DNA of 64,000 nucleotides from Alphaproteobacteria bacterium. Lineage in GTDB: Bacteria > Pseudomonadota > Alphaproteobacteria > Sphingomonadales > SMXR01. This document shows, one piece after another, positions 27,819 to 39,541 of this stretch (position 1 is its first letter; every line of letters starts with the position of its first letter). Below the pieces are notes generated by a model that saw only the letters and a program-made list of their open reading frames with translations, was not told the origin of the DNA and ran no database searches. The position numbers were made by a program, and so were the translations under genes. Location of the stretch: contig DAOWAS010000001.1 in NCBI GenBank assembly GCA_030634465.1, positions 3,780-67,779 on the forward strand, read 5' to 3'.

Positions 27819-29216
27819 TTACTTTTCTTTAGCCGGCCACGCTTCCCTATCAATATCCAAATCTGAAAATTTATCCACGTCCAGAACAGGCGATGTTTTG
27901 CCTTCTTTTAACTGTGCATCAAAGTCTGCCAGCACCCGCTGTGCCACTTTAAACAGCATGGTCAGGGCAAACAGGTTAACTAGCGCCAAAATACCCATGG
28001 AAAAATCGGTAAAGCTCAACACCGTTGTAAGGTCTTGTTGCGCCCCCCAAAACACCAAAAACAATAATGAAATCCGAAAGCCAATGAATACCATTTTATT
28101 TTCGCCTGAGAAGAAATCAATGGCAGTTTCACCCAAATAATAATTATAAACTATTGAGGTAACTACAAAAAATCCCAGCGCTACGCTTAAAAATTGTGAG
28201 GCATAGATACCAATATGCTCAGCCAGTGACAGTTGGGTAAGCACCAAACCCTCCACGTCTGAACCTGGTGTGTAGGCATCAGAAAGCAAAATAATGGCCG
28301 CTGTTGCGGTGCAAATTACAATGGTATCAACAAACACACCTAGCGCCTGCGCCAAGCCTTGTGTTGATGGGTGGTGCACATTGGCAGCAGCGGCGGCAAC
28401 TGTGGTGCTGCCCAAGCCTGCCTCGTTAGAAAACAACCCACGCCTCACACCAAAACCAATGGCCGCGCCAATGCCCCCGCCCACAGCTTGGTTAAGGCCA
28501 AAAGCGCTATCAATAATTGAGCTAAACACACCAGGCATTTCAGATAGGTTTGTGGCAATCACATAAAATGCGATCAACACATATCCTAACGCCATAATAG
28601 GAACCATAACGTCAGTGAAATGGGTAATGCGTTTAATACCGCCAAAAATAATCGTGGCAATAAAGAGCGACAAACCTATGCCCGTGGTTATGGTGGGCAC
28701 ATCAAATGCCTCTTGAAATGAGGCCGCAAGAGCAAATGACTGCATAATATTGAAGGCAAAACCAAAGGTGATAATGAGCAAAATGGCATAAAGGCTAGCC
28801 AGCCAATTCCACTTTTTCCCCATGCCATAACGAATATAATTTTGGGGGCCACCACGGTATTCATTACCCTCACGGCGCTTAAACAGTTGGGCTAAGGTGC
28901 TTTCATAATAACTAGTGGCCATGCCTAGAAGAGCGGTCACCCACATCCAAAAAACCGCCCCCGGCCCGCCAAGAGTAATAGCCACCGCAACGCCAATAAT
29001 ATTACCACTGCCAACACGCCCGCCAATACTTAAAAGCACAGCCTCTATTGAGCTAACGCCAGTATCACTATCGGGCTTTTCTTTAAGCATGGTGAACATG
29101 TTGCGAAAATATCTAAACTGGGCAAAGCGTGATGCCAGAGTGAAAAATACGCCAAAACCCACTAAAATATAAACCAGCGCCAACCAGATAAAATCCGTTA
29201 ATTCAACAAGCATCAT
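27819..29216 (-). CDS. Alanine/glycine:cation (sodium) symporter, AGCS family
   Basis: 465-aa polytopic membrane protein with AGCS-family blocks (GGPGAVFWMW, FSNEAGLGS). Confidence 0.88.
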   Translation of the reverse strand: MMLVELTDFIWLALVYILVGFGVFFTLASRFAQFRYFRNMFTMLKEKPDSDTGVSSIEAVLLSIGGRVGSGNIIGVAVAITLGGPGAVFWMWVTALLGMATSYYESTLAQLFKRREGNEYRGGPQNYIRYGMGKKWNWLASLYAILLIITFGFAFNIMQSFALAASFQEAFDVPTITTGIGLSLFIATIIFGGIKRITHFTDVMVPIMALGYVLIAFYVIATNLSEMPGVFSSIIDSAFGLNQAVGGGIGAAIGFGVRRGLFSNEAGLGSTTVAAAAANVHHPSTQGLAQALGVFVDTIVICTATAAIILLSDAYTPGSDVEGLVLTQLSLAEHIGIYASQFLSVALGFFVVTSIVYNYYLGETAIDFFSGENKMVFIGFRISLLFLVFWGAQQDLTTVLSFTDFSMGILALVNLFALTMLFKVAQRVLADFDAQLKEGKTSPVLDVDKFSDLDIDREAWPAKEK

Positions 29217-29312
29217 TACCCCTAACTATTTTAATATTATAAAATACATTTGTAGTTTTCTGGCACCACCATATGATATGTAAATGATGTGTAATAGTAA
29301 AAAATTATTCTG

Positions 29313-30137
29313 ATGAAATTTATGGCAGATAAAATTACAATTCTAGCTTGTCAAATTGAAGTACCAAACTTCTCTGATGCCAAAAGCCGAGATGCGCACA
29401 ACAAACGTGTGGCGGGTCTTATTGACACCAAGCTTAGTAAAAAACACTGCGACTTGGTGGTTATGCCTGAGCTAAGCAGTTTGGATTACAGTATAGATGC
29501 TTTTGAAAACCTTACAGAACTAGCTGAAAGCACCACTGGTTCTAGCTTTACTATATTTTCCAGCCTAGCTAAAAAACACAAATCCACGCTTGTTTATGGC
29601 ATTGCCAGGCGGGGAGAGAATGGCGCCTATATTTCACAAATAATTGTAGGTCCCGATGGTAAATTAGATGGCTATTATGATAAAATACATCTGGCTAAGA
29701 TTAAAAATTCCCATGAAAATATTTTCTTTAAAGACGGCAATAAAACCCTTTGCATCAACATTAGAGGTTTTAAAATTTCTCCGATTATTTGTTATGATAT
29801 TCGCTTTCCCGAACTTAGCCGCAAACTGGCAATTAAAGATGGGGTAGAAGTTATTCTTCATTGTGGTGCTTATAAAAAAGACCCTACATTTTATAGCTGG
29901 CATTCCTTTGCCATTACCCGCGCGCTTGAAAATCAGGTTTACTTTCTCAGCCTCAATAGGGCGGGTAAAGATTTTGGCCATTCAATATTTTGCGAACCGT
30001 GGGTTGATGAGGAAACACCACCCTTTAAATTTAATTCATCTGAACAGCTAGAAATATTTGAATTACGAAAAGATCGTGTTAACAATGCCCGTGAAAAAAT
30101 AACCTTCTTGAAAGATAGAAAACCAAATTTATATTAG
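29313..30137 (+). CDS. Carbon-nitrogen hydrolase (nitrilase superfamily) protein
   Basis: Glu-Lys-Cys triad contexts VVMPELS, YDKIHLAK and PIICYDIRFPE. 274 aa. Confidence 0.8.
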   Translation: MKFMADKITILACQIEVPNFSDAKSRDAHNKRVAGLIDTKLSKKHCDLVVMPELSSLDYSIDAFENLTELAESTTGSSFTIFSSLAKKHKSTLVYGIARRGENGAYISQIIVGPDGKLDGYYDKIHLAKIKNSHENIFFKDGNKTLCINIRGFKISPIICYDIRFPELSRKLAIKDGVEVILHCGAYKKDPTFYSWHSFAITRALENQVYFLSLNRAGKDFGHSIFCEPWVDEETPPFKFNSSEQLEIFELRKDRVNNAREKITFLKDRKPNLY

Positions 30138-30161
30138 GTTTAATATCAGGATAAAAATATA

Positions 30162-33100
30162 ATGACAGCTCAGGCAAATAACCTAAAAACAACCCGCTTA
30201 GCACTACAAAAAGCCAAGCTTGAAGACGAGAACAAGGCTATTTCAGCACTTTTGGAAACTTATCCATTAAGCGAAAAGGCCAGAGCAAACATAAGCGCAA
30301 AAGCTCACGGTATTGTCAGCCGCTCGCGGGCAATGACAGCCGAACGCGGCACTTTAGATGCCTTCATGCAGGAATTTGGGCTTTCCAACCAAGAGGGTGT
30401 TGCCCTCATGTGCTTGGCTGAAGCGTTGTTGCGCATTCCCGACAGCCAAACCCAAGACAAACTTATTGCCGAAAAATTAGCCTCTGGAAATTGGGGTGAG
30501 CACCGCGGGCAGTCTGAAAACATGTTTGTTAACGCATCCGTATGGGCGCTTATGCTTACGGGTGGTGTGGTAAAAATGGATAAAAAAACATACGAAAACC
30601 CTGCCAGTTGGGTCAAAGGCATGGTTGGCAAAATGGGCGAGCCTGTAATTCGCGAAGCCACAAACAAAGCCATGAAAATTATGGGCAAGCAGTTTGTTTT
30701 TGGCCGCAATATGGCTGAGGCTCTTAAGCGTAAGAAAAAATCAGCAGATGACCGCCAGCTTTTCTCGTTCGATATGCTAGGCGAAGGTGCGCGCACCCAA
30801 GATGCCGCAGACCGTTACCAAGAGCTATACCTGACCGCCATTAAAGATGTTGGCGAAGACAGTAAAAAAAATCCGACTAATGGACATCAAAACAAATCTG
30901 CGGTTTCTATCAAACTATCCGCCCTGCACCCACGTTATGACACCACCCAGCACAGCCGTGTTATAGATGAGCTACTTCCGCGCATTAAAGAACAAGCATT
31001 GTTGGCAAAGTCATACGACATTGGTCTGACAATTGATGCTGAAGAGGCTGACCGTCTGGACATTTCACTGGACATTCTAGAGGTGCTAGCCAAAGACCCC
31101 GATCTGGCAAACTGGCAAGGACTTGGTTTAGCTGTGCAGGCATATCAAAAACGCTCAATTTATGTAATTAACTGGTTAGAAAACCTGTCTAACGAAACAG
31201 GGCGCACTTTTCCTGTGCGCTTGGTTAAGGGGGCTTATTGGGATACTGAAATTAAGCACGCCCAAGAGCTTGGCCTTACTGATTATCCAGTGTGGACCAG
31301 AAAAGCATCTACCGACATATCCTACATAGCATGTGCGGCAAAAATGCTGGCGGCGAAACAGGCGTTTTATTGCCAGTTTGCCACCCATAACGCCTATACC
31401 ATTGCCGCCATTGCCAACATGGCGACAAAAGAAGACACCTCCAGAATGGAGTTTCAAAAGCTCCACGGCATGGGTGATTTGTTATACACTGCGGTATCAG
31501 CAGAATTAAGCGCCAACATAGCTGTGCGCACATACGCCCCTGTTGGCAAGCACGAAGACCTGTTGCCATATTTGGTAAGACGGTTATTGGAAAATGGCGC
31601 AAACTCGTCATTTGTAAACCGCTTTATGGACGAAAAAACCCCCATTGAAGAAATAATAAAAGATCCGTTTGTTGCCGTATCTGGCTTTAAAATCAAACGT
31701 CACCACGGCATTCCAAAACCTGCCCAACTATATAGTGACCGTAAAAACTCAAACGGCATTGACCTTAGAGATGGTCTTGCCTTTGCCAATTTGGAAGCTA
31801 AAATTAAGGCTATTCCAAACAAGCCGTTTTTAGCCCATTCAATTGTAGCTGGTGAAAAGTGCGGCGCTAAAGGCACAGTAATTACCAACCCCACCACAGG
31901 GGAAGAAATTGGTCAGGCATTTTATGCTAACGACGCTGATATCGAAAATGCCATACAACTAGCACACGACACCCAAGTTTCGTGGGACGATATTGGTGGC
32001 GACAAACGCGCTGAAATTTTAGAGCGTGTTGCTGAGCTGATAGAAAAAAACATACATACCTTCCTTGATATTCTAACCCGTGAGGCTGGCAAAACATTTG
32101 AAGATGGCATTTCCGAAGTTCGTGAAGCCGCAGATTTTTGCCGTTTCTACGCCAAAGAAGCCCGTAACAAATTTGCCCAACCACAGGTATTAGAAGGCCC
32201 CACAGGTGAGCGGAACGAAATTTCCCTGCATGGTCGCGGGGTGTTTTTCTGCATTGCCCCGTGGAACTTCCCCTTGGCTATTTTTGCAGGCCAAGTTGCC
32301 GCAGCACTGGCGGCGGGCAATACGGTGTTGGCAAAACCAGCCGAGCAAACTCCGTTTGTTGCCATGAAGGCCATCGAACTGTTCCTAGAAGCTGGCGTGC
32401 CAAGTGCGGCTGTGCATCTTATTTTAGGCAAGGGTTCAAAGCTTGGCGCTAAAATAACCCCAGACCTGCGCATTTCAGGGGTGTCCTTAACAGGTTCAAC
32501 CGCCACCGCAAAAATTATCAACAAAACCTTGGCAGAAAAAGACGGCCCCATTAACCGTTTCATTGCTGAAACTGGCGGGCAAAATGTAATGATTGTCGAC
32601 AGCTCTGCCCTACCCGAACAGGTTAGTGACGATGTTATGCGCTCAGCCTTCGGCAGTGCTGGTCAGCGTTGCTCTGCCCTTAGGGTATTGTTCGTACAAG
32701 ACAGCATCGCAGACAATGTTATTACCATGCTTAAAGGTGCCATTGCTGAGCTGAGCATTGGCGACCCTGCAATGTTAAGCACAGATGTTGGCCCCATTAT
32801 TGATGTGGGCGAGCGTGCGGGTCTGTTAAAACACATTGCCCACATGGACAAGGAAGCCAAACTTATAGCCAAAGCAACCCTGCCTGATGGCTTTGAAAAT
32901 GGTGCATTTTTAGCCCCGCATATTTATGAAATATCGTCCCTAAGCATGCTTGAAGATGAAGAGTTTGGCCCTATTTTACATGTGGTGCGATATTCCGCAG
33001 ACGATTTGGATCAGGTTATGCAAGATATTGTAAACACAGGGTTCGGCCTGACATTTGGGGTGCATTCCCGCATTGAAGGTCGCTGGCTTGAGCTATTTAA

Positions 33101-33314
33101 AAAGCACAAGGTTGGCAACACCTATATAAACCGCAATATGATCGGTGCGGTGGTGGGTGTGCAACCATTTGGTGGCGAAGGCCTGTCTGGTACAGGGCCA
33201 AAAGCAGGTGGTCCGCACTATTTATACGGGTTTGCTACCGAGCGGGTCATGAGCGTGAACACAGCCGCCATTGGTGGCAACACCGACCTGTTTCAGCTTA
33301 ATGAAAACGAATAA
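30162..33314 (+). CDS. putA: Bifunctional proline dehydrogenase / 1-pyrroline-5-carboxylate dehydrogenase
   Basis: 1050 aa: a PRODH barrel followed by an ALDH domain (FIAETGGQNVMIVD, GQRCSALR). There is no N-terminal RHH DNA-binding domain (short PutA type). Confidence 0.95.
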   Translation: MTAQANNLKTTRLALQKAKLEDENKAISALLETYPLSEKARANISAKAHGIVSRSRAMTAERGTLDAFMQEFGLSNQEGVALMCLAEALLRIPDSQTQDKLIAEKLASGNWGEHRGQSENMFVNASVWALMLTGGVVKMDKKTYENPASWVKGMVGKMGEPVIREATNKAMKIMGKQFVFGRNMAEALKRKKKSADDRQLFSFDMLGEGARTQDAADRYQELYLTAIKDVGEDSKKNPTNGHQNKSAVSIKLSALHPRYDTTQHSRVIDELLPRIKEQALLAKSYDIGLTIDAEEADRLDISLDILEVLAKDPDLANWQGLGLAVQAYQKRSIYVINWLENLSNETGRTFPVRLVKGAYWDTEIKHAQELGLTDYPVWTRKASTDISYIACAAKMLAAKQAFYCQFATHNAYTIAAIANMATKEDTSRMEFQKLHGMGDLLYTAVSAELSANIAVRTYAPVGKHEDLLPYLVRRLLENGANSSFVNRFMDEKTPIEEIIKDPFVAVSGFKIKRHHGIPKPAQLYSDRKNSNGIDLRDGLAFANLEAKIKAIPNKPFLAHSIVAGEKCGAKGTVITNPTTGEEIGQAFYANDADIENAIQLAHDTQVSWDDIGGDKRAEILERVAELIEKNIHTFLDILTREAGKTFEDGISEVREAADFCRFYAKEARNKFAQPQVLEGPTGERNEISLHGRGVFFCIAPWNFPLAIFAGQVAAALAAGNTVLAKPAEQTPFVAMKAIELFLEAGVPSAAVHLILGKGSKLGAKITPDLRISGVSLTGSTATAKIINKTLAEKDGPINRFIAETGGQNVMIVDSSALPEQVSDDVMRSAFGSAGQRCSALRVLFVQDSIADNVITMLKGAIAELSIGDPAMLSTDVGPIIDVGERAGLLKHIAHMDKEAKLIAKATLPDGFENGAFLAPHIYEISSLSMLEDEEFGPILHVVRYSADDLDQVMQDIVNTGFGLTFGVHSRIEGRWLELFKKHKVGNTYINRNMIGAVVGVQPFGGEGLSGTGPKAGGPHYLYGFATERVMSVNTAAIGGNTDLFQLNENE

Positions 33315-33437
33315 GCTGGCTGTATGTTGCGCATGTCACTCATAAGCCAAATGGACTTTTTTATAAAATTATGCTAGGAATGCACTGTAAAGTTACATTG
33401 AGTTTGGGGGGGATATCTAAAACCTTGGAGAAGGCAA

Positions 33438-33833
33438 ATGATAAAATTCCAAATTTCTATTCCAAAATTTCTGCTAGTTTTTATCTTTCTGTATGCATCA
33501 ATCACACCTGCTAACCTATCTGCCCAACACTTGGCGCAGGCTGGTATAACTGACCTTACGGCCTGTGCCGACATGACCATGACCGATCTATATGATAGTG
33601 ATGGGTGGAGCTATGGTGTTGACTATTATGCTAACAACACCTGCAATGATAGACCCATTTGTTTTTATACACGCACAACCATAGCGGATAATGTAACAGG
33701 AAGTGTGCACCCGGGTCCGTTATTACTTCAGGCCAATGAGCGATATATAAAATTGGGTGGTTTTGTATCATCTGATGGTAAAAGCGCATGGAAGGTCAAC
33801 GTCAAATATATGGCCGACGATTCCTGCTACTAA
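33438..33833 (+). CDS. Hypothetical secreted Cys-containing protein
   Basis: 131 aa with a good SD (GGAGAAGG), an N-terminal signal-like segment (FLLVFIFLYASITPANLSA) and 5 Cys in the mature part. No family was recognised. Confidence 0.5.
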   Translation: MIKFQISIPKFLLVFIFLYASITPANLSAQHLAQAGITDLTACADMTMTDLYDSDGWSYGVDYYANNTCNDRPICFYTRTTIADNVTGSVHPGPLLLQANERYIKLGGFVSSDGKSAWKVNVKYMADDSCY

Positions 33834-33858
33834 AGTAAATATAATACACTGAACTAAG

Positions 33859-35010
33859 CTAACCAAAGCTGTCTTTGCGTGAAATGTTAATGTGACGGTG
33901 AATGGCAACTGAAAAAATCAGACCATAAGCTATCATCACCGTCATCATTGCCGAACCACCATATGAAACCAACGGCAACGGCACCCCAACCACAGGCAAC
34001 AGCCCCATAACCATGGCGATGTTAATAAACACATACAGAAAAACAACCAAGCTAAGACCTGCGGCGAGCAAGCGCCCAAACTGCGAGCGACATGTAAGCG
34101 AAACCACAACACCGTAACCAATAACTATCATAAACAGGGTTAAAATGCCCAAACCACCCACCATGCCAAACTCTTCTGCCAGCACAGTAAAAATAAAATC
34201 AGTTTTCATTTCAGGCAAAAAGTTTAACTGGCTTTGCGTGCCTTCCATAAAGCCCTTGCCCCATGTACCGCCCGAACCAAGAGCAATTTTTGACTGTAAA
34301 ATTTGATAACCAGCACCAAGAGGGTCACGTTCAGGGTTTAAAAATGTCAGCACCCGCTCTTTCTGATAATTTTGCATAAAGTTCCACGCCACAGGTATTG
34401 ATGCAATTGAGAGAATAAAACCAACCACAAACAACCATGCTCTGGCACCTGCCAAAAACAAAACCCCAATACCACCCGCCGATAGCAAAATAGCCGTGCC
34501 TAAATCTGGTTGTCTAACCACCAGCACCGCAGGTAAAGCAACAATCATTAAGGGAATAATCAGGCTTGTCAGTTTCTTGGTTTCAAACAGGGTTAGGCTG
34601 TGGAAATACCTTGCTATCGCAAGTATAACCGCAACTTTAATAAGTTCCGATGGCTGCAAACGTATCACCCCCAAGTCAAGCCAACGGGTGCCGCCCATTC
34701 CTGTAACACCAGCAAACTCCACCCATAACAACATTCCTATGCCAATAAAATATAATGGATAGGCAAAGCGCATCCACCAGCGGATATCGATCATGGCAAT
34801 AAAAACCATCAGCAAAAACATTGCCACAAAACGTGTGATATGCCGCGATGCCCACGGGTCCATATTGCCACCCGCAACCGAATACAACATCGCCGTACCT
34901 GTCAGGGCAATGGCAACAAGCACCAAAACCACAATCCAGTTCATGTCACGTAGCTTCTGCAAAGGCGATTTTTTCACGCTTTTCTGGCCAAACATTAAAC
35001 TGCCACCCAT
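33859..35010 (-). CDS. rodA: Rod shape-determining peptidoglycan glycosyltransferase RodA (SEDS family)
   Basis: 383-aa polytopic FtsW/RodA/SpoVE protein (PSELIK, TDFIF, LPLVSYGGS). It abuts the mrdA stop. Confidence 0.93.
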   Translation of the reverse strand: MGGSLMFGQKSVKKSPLQKLRDMNWIVVLVLVAIALTGTAMLYSVAGGNMDPWASRHITRFVAMFLLMVFIAMIDIRWWMRFAYPLYFIGIGMLLWVEFAGVTGMGGTRWLDLGVIRLQPSELIKVAVILAIARYFHSLTLFETKKLTSLIIPLMIVALPAVLVVRQPDLGTAILLSAGGIGVLFLAGARAWLFVVGFILSIASIPVAWNFMQNYQKERVLTFLNPERDPLGAGYQILQSKIALGSGGTWGKGFMEGTQSQLNFLPEMKTDFIFTVLAEEFGMVGGLGILTLFMIVIGYGVVVSLTCRSQFGRLLAAGLSLVVFLYVFINIAMVMGLLPVVGVPLPLVSYGGSAMMTVMIAYGLIFSVAIHRHINISRKDSFG

Positions 35011-36885
35011 TTACGCCTCCTGCTCATTTGTTGATGAAGAAGGTTTGCGGCTCAAAGTCGGGGTTGCTGATGGATCTAAATCTAGAACCTTGTTCATAAT
35101 ATCCTTGCCAATTGGCGCCGCAACGCTTGAGCCACCACCACCATGTTCCACCAATACTGAAATAGCATAACGTGGGTTATCCGCAGGGGCAAAGCCCACA
35201 AATACAGCGTGGTCACGCTCTTCCCACGGCTCGATACCACGGTTTTCCAAGCCCTCATCACGCTGTTGTTGGGTAATGGCACGAACCTGCGATGTGCCTG
35301 TTTTGCCCGCCATTGAACGGCCACGACCACGTAGGCGTGAACCATAGGCAGTACCGCCCGGTTCATGAACCTTTTCCATGCCGCGCCGCACATATGCCAA
35401 ATGCCTGTCGTTTAAATTCATTTCTATTTTACTTGGCGCATCAAGCACCACGCCACCAACTGAATGAACCAAGCGTGGCTCTATGGCTGTTTTACCATTA
35501 GCCAAACGTGCGGTCATTACGGCTAGTTGCAATGGCGTTGTCAAAACAGCACCCTGACCAATGCCAACAATTAAGGTTTCACCAGCGCGCCACCCTGTAC
35601 CATATTGCTCACGTTTCCACGCAGGTGTTGGCAACAAACCTGCCATTTGCCCTGGTAAACCAATATCGTATGACGTGCCAAGGCCAAGCTCAGATGCCAT
35701 TTCATTAATTTTGTTAATGCCGACACGGTTAGCAATGTCATAAAAATAAACATCACAAGAATGAGCTATGGCATCGACCAGATTAACCTTGCCGTGGCCG
35801 TCTTCTTTCCAGCAATGGAAAATACGATCACCAAACTCGTGCTTTCCTGTGCATTCAATGCGTTCATTGGCATTAATCACCCCTGCTTTTAATGCCGCCA
35901 TTGCCACTGCCATTTTAAAGGTAGAGCCCGGTGGGTATTGGCCTGAGGTTGCTTTGTTAACCAGTGGGTGTCTATTGTCCATTCGCAGGCTGTCCCATTC
36001 CTGACGGGAAAAACCTAAGTTAAAATCGTTTGAATCGTAATTTGGGGTTGAATGCATGGCTATTACATCACCATTTTCCACATCCATAACCACAACCGCT
36101 GCACTATGCTCGCCCAAACGTTCATGAACAAATTTTTGCAACTCAAGATCTAGGGTAAGCACAACCTCGTCACCCTCAGTGCCGTCTTGTCTGGCTAGCT
36201 CACGAATAACACGGCCATATGCGTTCACTTCTTCTCTGGCATCACCGGCCTGACCACGCAGCGCATTGTCAAAAGTTTTTTCCAAGCCACCACGACCAAC
36301 CTTAAAACCCGGAAGTGCTAACGCGGGGTCATTATCAGCCGACCTGTCGCCACCAGTTACGGGGCCAACATAACCCACCACATGGCTTACCGCCTGACCG
36401 TGTGGGTAAAATCTGGTCTCACCTGCATCTGGTTTAATACCAGGCAAATGCGGGATATCTACATTAATTTTGGCAAACTCTTCCCATGTCAGATTTTCGG
36501 CAACAGTAACGGGCAAAAATGCGCGCTGTCTGGCAACCTGACGTTTGATACGGTCTATATTCGACGTGGTTAAAGGGTAAACAAGTTGCAAATGCTGCAA
36601 GGTTTGCTCCATATCGCCCGCCTGTTCAGGAATAAGAAAAACCCTGTAGTCTTTTCTGTTGGTGGCTAGTTGCCTTCCCGCACGGTCTAATATCTCGCCC
36701 CTTGTGGGCGATAAAATGCGCATGGAAACGCGGTTGTCCTCAGCCAGCATGGTGTACTGGCTACTTTCAATCACAGCCAGATAATACATTCTGCCAGCCA
36801 GAACCGTTGCCAAGGCCAACTGACCACCGCCTAAAAGCAATGCTCTTCGTGTATAAAGCCTGAAACGATCGCCTTCGGTTTCCAT
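35011..36885 (-). CDS. mrdA: Penicillin-binding protein 2 (elongasome transpeptidase)
   Basis: 624 aa with the transpeptidase motifs STFK (PGSTFKM) and KTGT (AGKTGTS). It lies between mreD and rodA. Confidence 0.93.
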   Translation of the reverse strand: METEGDRFRLYTRRALLLGGGQLALATVLAGRMYYLAVIESSQYTMLAEDNRVSMRILSPTRGEILDRAGRQLATNRKDYRVFLIPEQAGDMEQTLQHLQLVYPLTTSNIDRIKRQVARQRAFLPVTVAENLTWEEFAKINVDIPHLPGIKPDAGETRFYPHGQAVSHVVGYVGPVTGGDRSADNDPALALPGFKVGRGGLEKTFDNALRGQAGDAREEVNAYGRVIRELARQDGTEGDEVVLTLDLELQKFVHERLGEHSAAVVVMDVENGDVIAMHSTPNYDSNDFNLGFSRQEWDSLRMDNRHPLVNKATSGQYPPGSTFKMAVAMAALKAGVINANERIECTGKHEFGDRIFHCWKEDGHGKVNLVDAIAHSCDVYFYDIANRVGINKINEMASELGLGTSYDIGLPGQMAGLLPTPAWKREQYGTGWRAGETLIVGIGQGAVLTTPLQLAVMTARLANGKTAIEPRLVHSVGGVVLDAPSKIEMNLNDRHLAYVRRGMEKVHEPGGTAYGSRLRGRGRSMAGKTGTSQVRAITQQQRDEGLENRGIEPWEERDHAVFVGFAPADNPRYAISVLVEHGGGGSSVAAPIGKDIMNKVLDLDPSATPTLSRKPSSSTNEQEA

Positions 36886-36910
36886 AATGCCTCACTTAAC
36901 AACAATGGTG

Positions 36911-37441
36911 CTATCTGGTTTTTAGTCTTTTTCTTAACGAACCAAAAACAGCCCCTAAAATAGGATAGGACAGCATGGTTACAATTGCTTGAGACATTAA
37001 CGGCCACATGGACAAAAAGTCACTAGCGTAAACGCTTTCCAACATCCATCTGAAAATTGCCGTACCAATGCATATAAAGCAAAACCCAGCCCAACCGACC
37101 AAAAATGACTGGTTAATAAAAAATCTTCTTTGATTAGCCAAACCAGCAGCCACTGCCAATAAAACAATTGAGTTCAAACCCGCAGGCCCCATGGTGACCA
37201 TGTCTTCAAACAGCCCCAATAAAAACACCAAGGCAAATGGAACGTAACGCCGCCCATTTAAAACCCAATAATAAACAAATATCAAACTGACAAAAGGCAT
37301 ATACATGCCCAAAACCTCAACCCGCAAAGGCAGCCTGAATATTAAAATAAGCAACATTGCCAAAATAACAGGGAAGAAAAACTTAATACCAATAGCACTT
37401 TTGTTTTGTATAGGACTTAACATATCACTGCGTCCCCCCAT
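36911..37441 (-). CDS. mreD: Rod shape-determining protein MreD
   Basis: Small polytopic membrane protein directly after mreC. An alternative ATG at 37423 lies 1 nt after the mreC stop and avoids the 17-nt overlap. Confidence 0.8.
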   Translation of the reverse strand: MGGRSDMLSPIQNKSAIGIKFFFPVILAMLLILIFRLPLRVEVLGMYMPFVSLIFVYYWVLNGRRYVPFALVFLLGLFEDMVTMGPAGLNSIVLLAVAAGLANQRRFFINQSFLVGWAGFCFICIGTAIFRWMLESVYASDFLSMWPLMSQAIVTMLSYPILGAVFGSLRKRLKTR

Positions 37442-38312
37442 CTTGGTCTTGATTGTCGCCTTCAGGTCGCGGCTCTAAAGCAATAGCGTCATAATCCAGC
37501 ACCCTGATAAAATCTAAATGGTTCAGATCTGCGGCAGGTGACACTATAATATTATCGCTTTCCACATGGGTGACTATTGCCACCAACAGATCTGGCGGAT
37601 ATGCCCGCCCATTACCAGATGTAAACAAACGATCCCCCATTCTGATATCAGCATCCACAGGATAAAACATCAAACGCATCATGTCATCATTTTGACCAAC
37701 AACCATGGCGTTCTGGTTTGTACGTTCAACCCGCACAGGCACACGAGAGTTAAGATCATTTATCATTAAAACCCGAGCAGAACTGTTACCAGTTAAAATT
37801 GCCCGTCCCACAACCCCATTTTCATCGACAACAGGGCGACCATCTCTAATGCCATCAGCGTGGCCTTTATCTATCAACAGACTGCGAACATATGGCCCGC
37901 CAGTAACACCAATTACACGTGCGGTTACCAGTGTTGAAACACCAAAATCGCCACCGCTTAACAGCTCTTTCAAGCGCCTGTTTTCCAACGATAACACCTG
38001 CGCCACACCAACCCATTCTTTAAGGGTCTGGTTTTCAGCTCGTAATTCCTGATTAAGCTTAAAAACCCTGACCACATTATCAAACCAATGAAGTCCATCG
38101 TTGGTCCAGATAATGGGGGTGCCAAGCCCTTCAATTACAGGGGAAATAACATCGCCAACAAAACGTCTAGCTTTGTTCATGCTATCAGTTTCGATCATGC
38201 TTGATATGAAAATAACCAAAGACAAAAACAAATAGAAGCCCACGCCAAAAGTTTGGCCCTGCTTTCTAAATAAAGCGCCAGTTGCCCCTGTTTTTTGTGA
38301 GGGATGTCGCAC
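37425..38312 (-). CDS. mreC: Rod shape-determining protein MreC
   Basis: 295 aa with an N-terminal anchor, a coiled coil (LNQELRAENQTLKEW) and beta-barrel repeats. It sits between mreB and mreD. Confidence 0.9.
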   Translation of the reverse strand: MRHPSQKTGATGALFRKQGQTFGVGFYLFLSLVIFISSMIETDSMNKARRFVGDVISPVIEGLGTPIIWTNDGLHWFDNVVRVFKLNQELRAENQTLKEWVGVAQVLSLENRRLKELLSGGDFGVSTLVTARVIGVTGGPYVRSLLIDKGHADGIRDGRPVVDENGVVGRAILTGNSSARVLMINDLNSRVPVRVERTNQNAMVVGQNDDMMRLMFYPVDADIRMGDRLFTSGNGRAYPPDLLVAIVTHVESDNIIVSPAADLNHLDFIRVLDYDAIALEPRPEGDNQDQDGGTQ

Positions 38313-38365
38313 GTTTATCTCCCTCGAACATAGCTGGGGAATATCCCGGTTAAAATTTTATGCTT

Positions 38366-39400
<1,035 letters not shown>

Positions 39401-39541
39401 TTAAACCCAATCCCTTAATAAAAAAAACATGTAAAAAGAACACACAAGAAGCGTTACCCTTAACCTTGAGAAGTTTCAAGCATTCTCTTAAAAAAACATA
39501 GTTAACCATATAATAAAACTAAGAAAATGCCAAACGCAATA

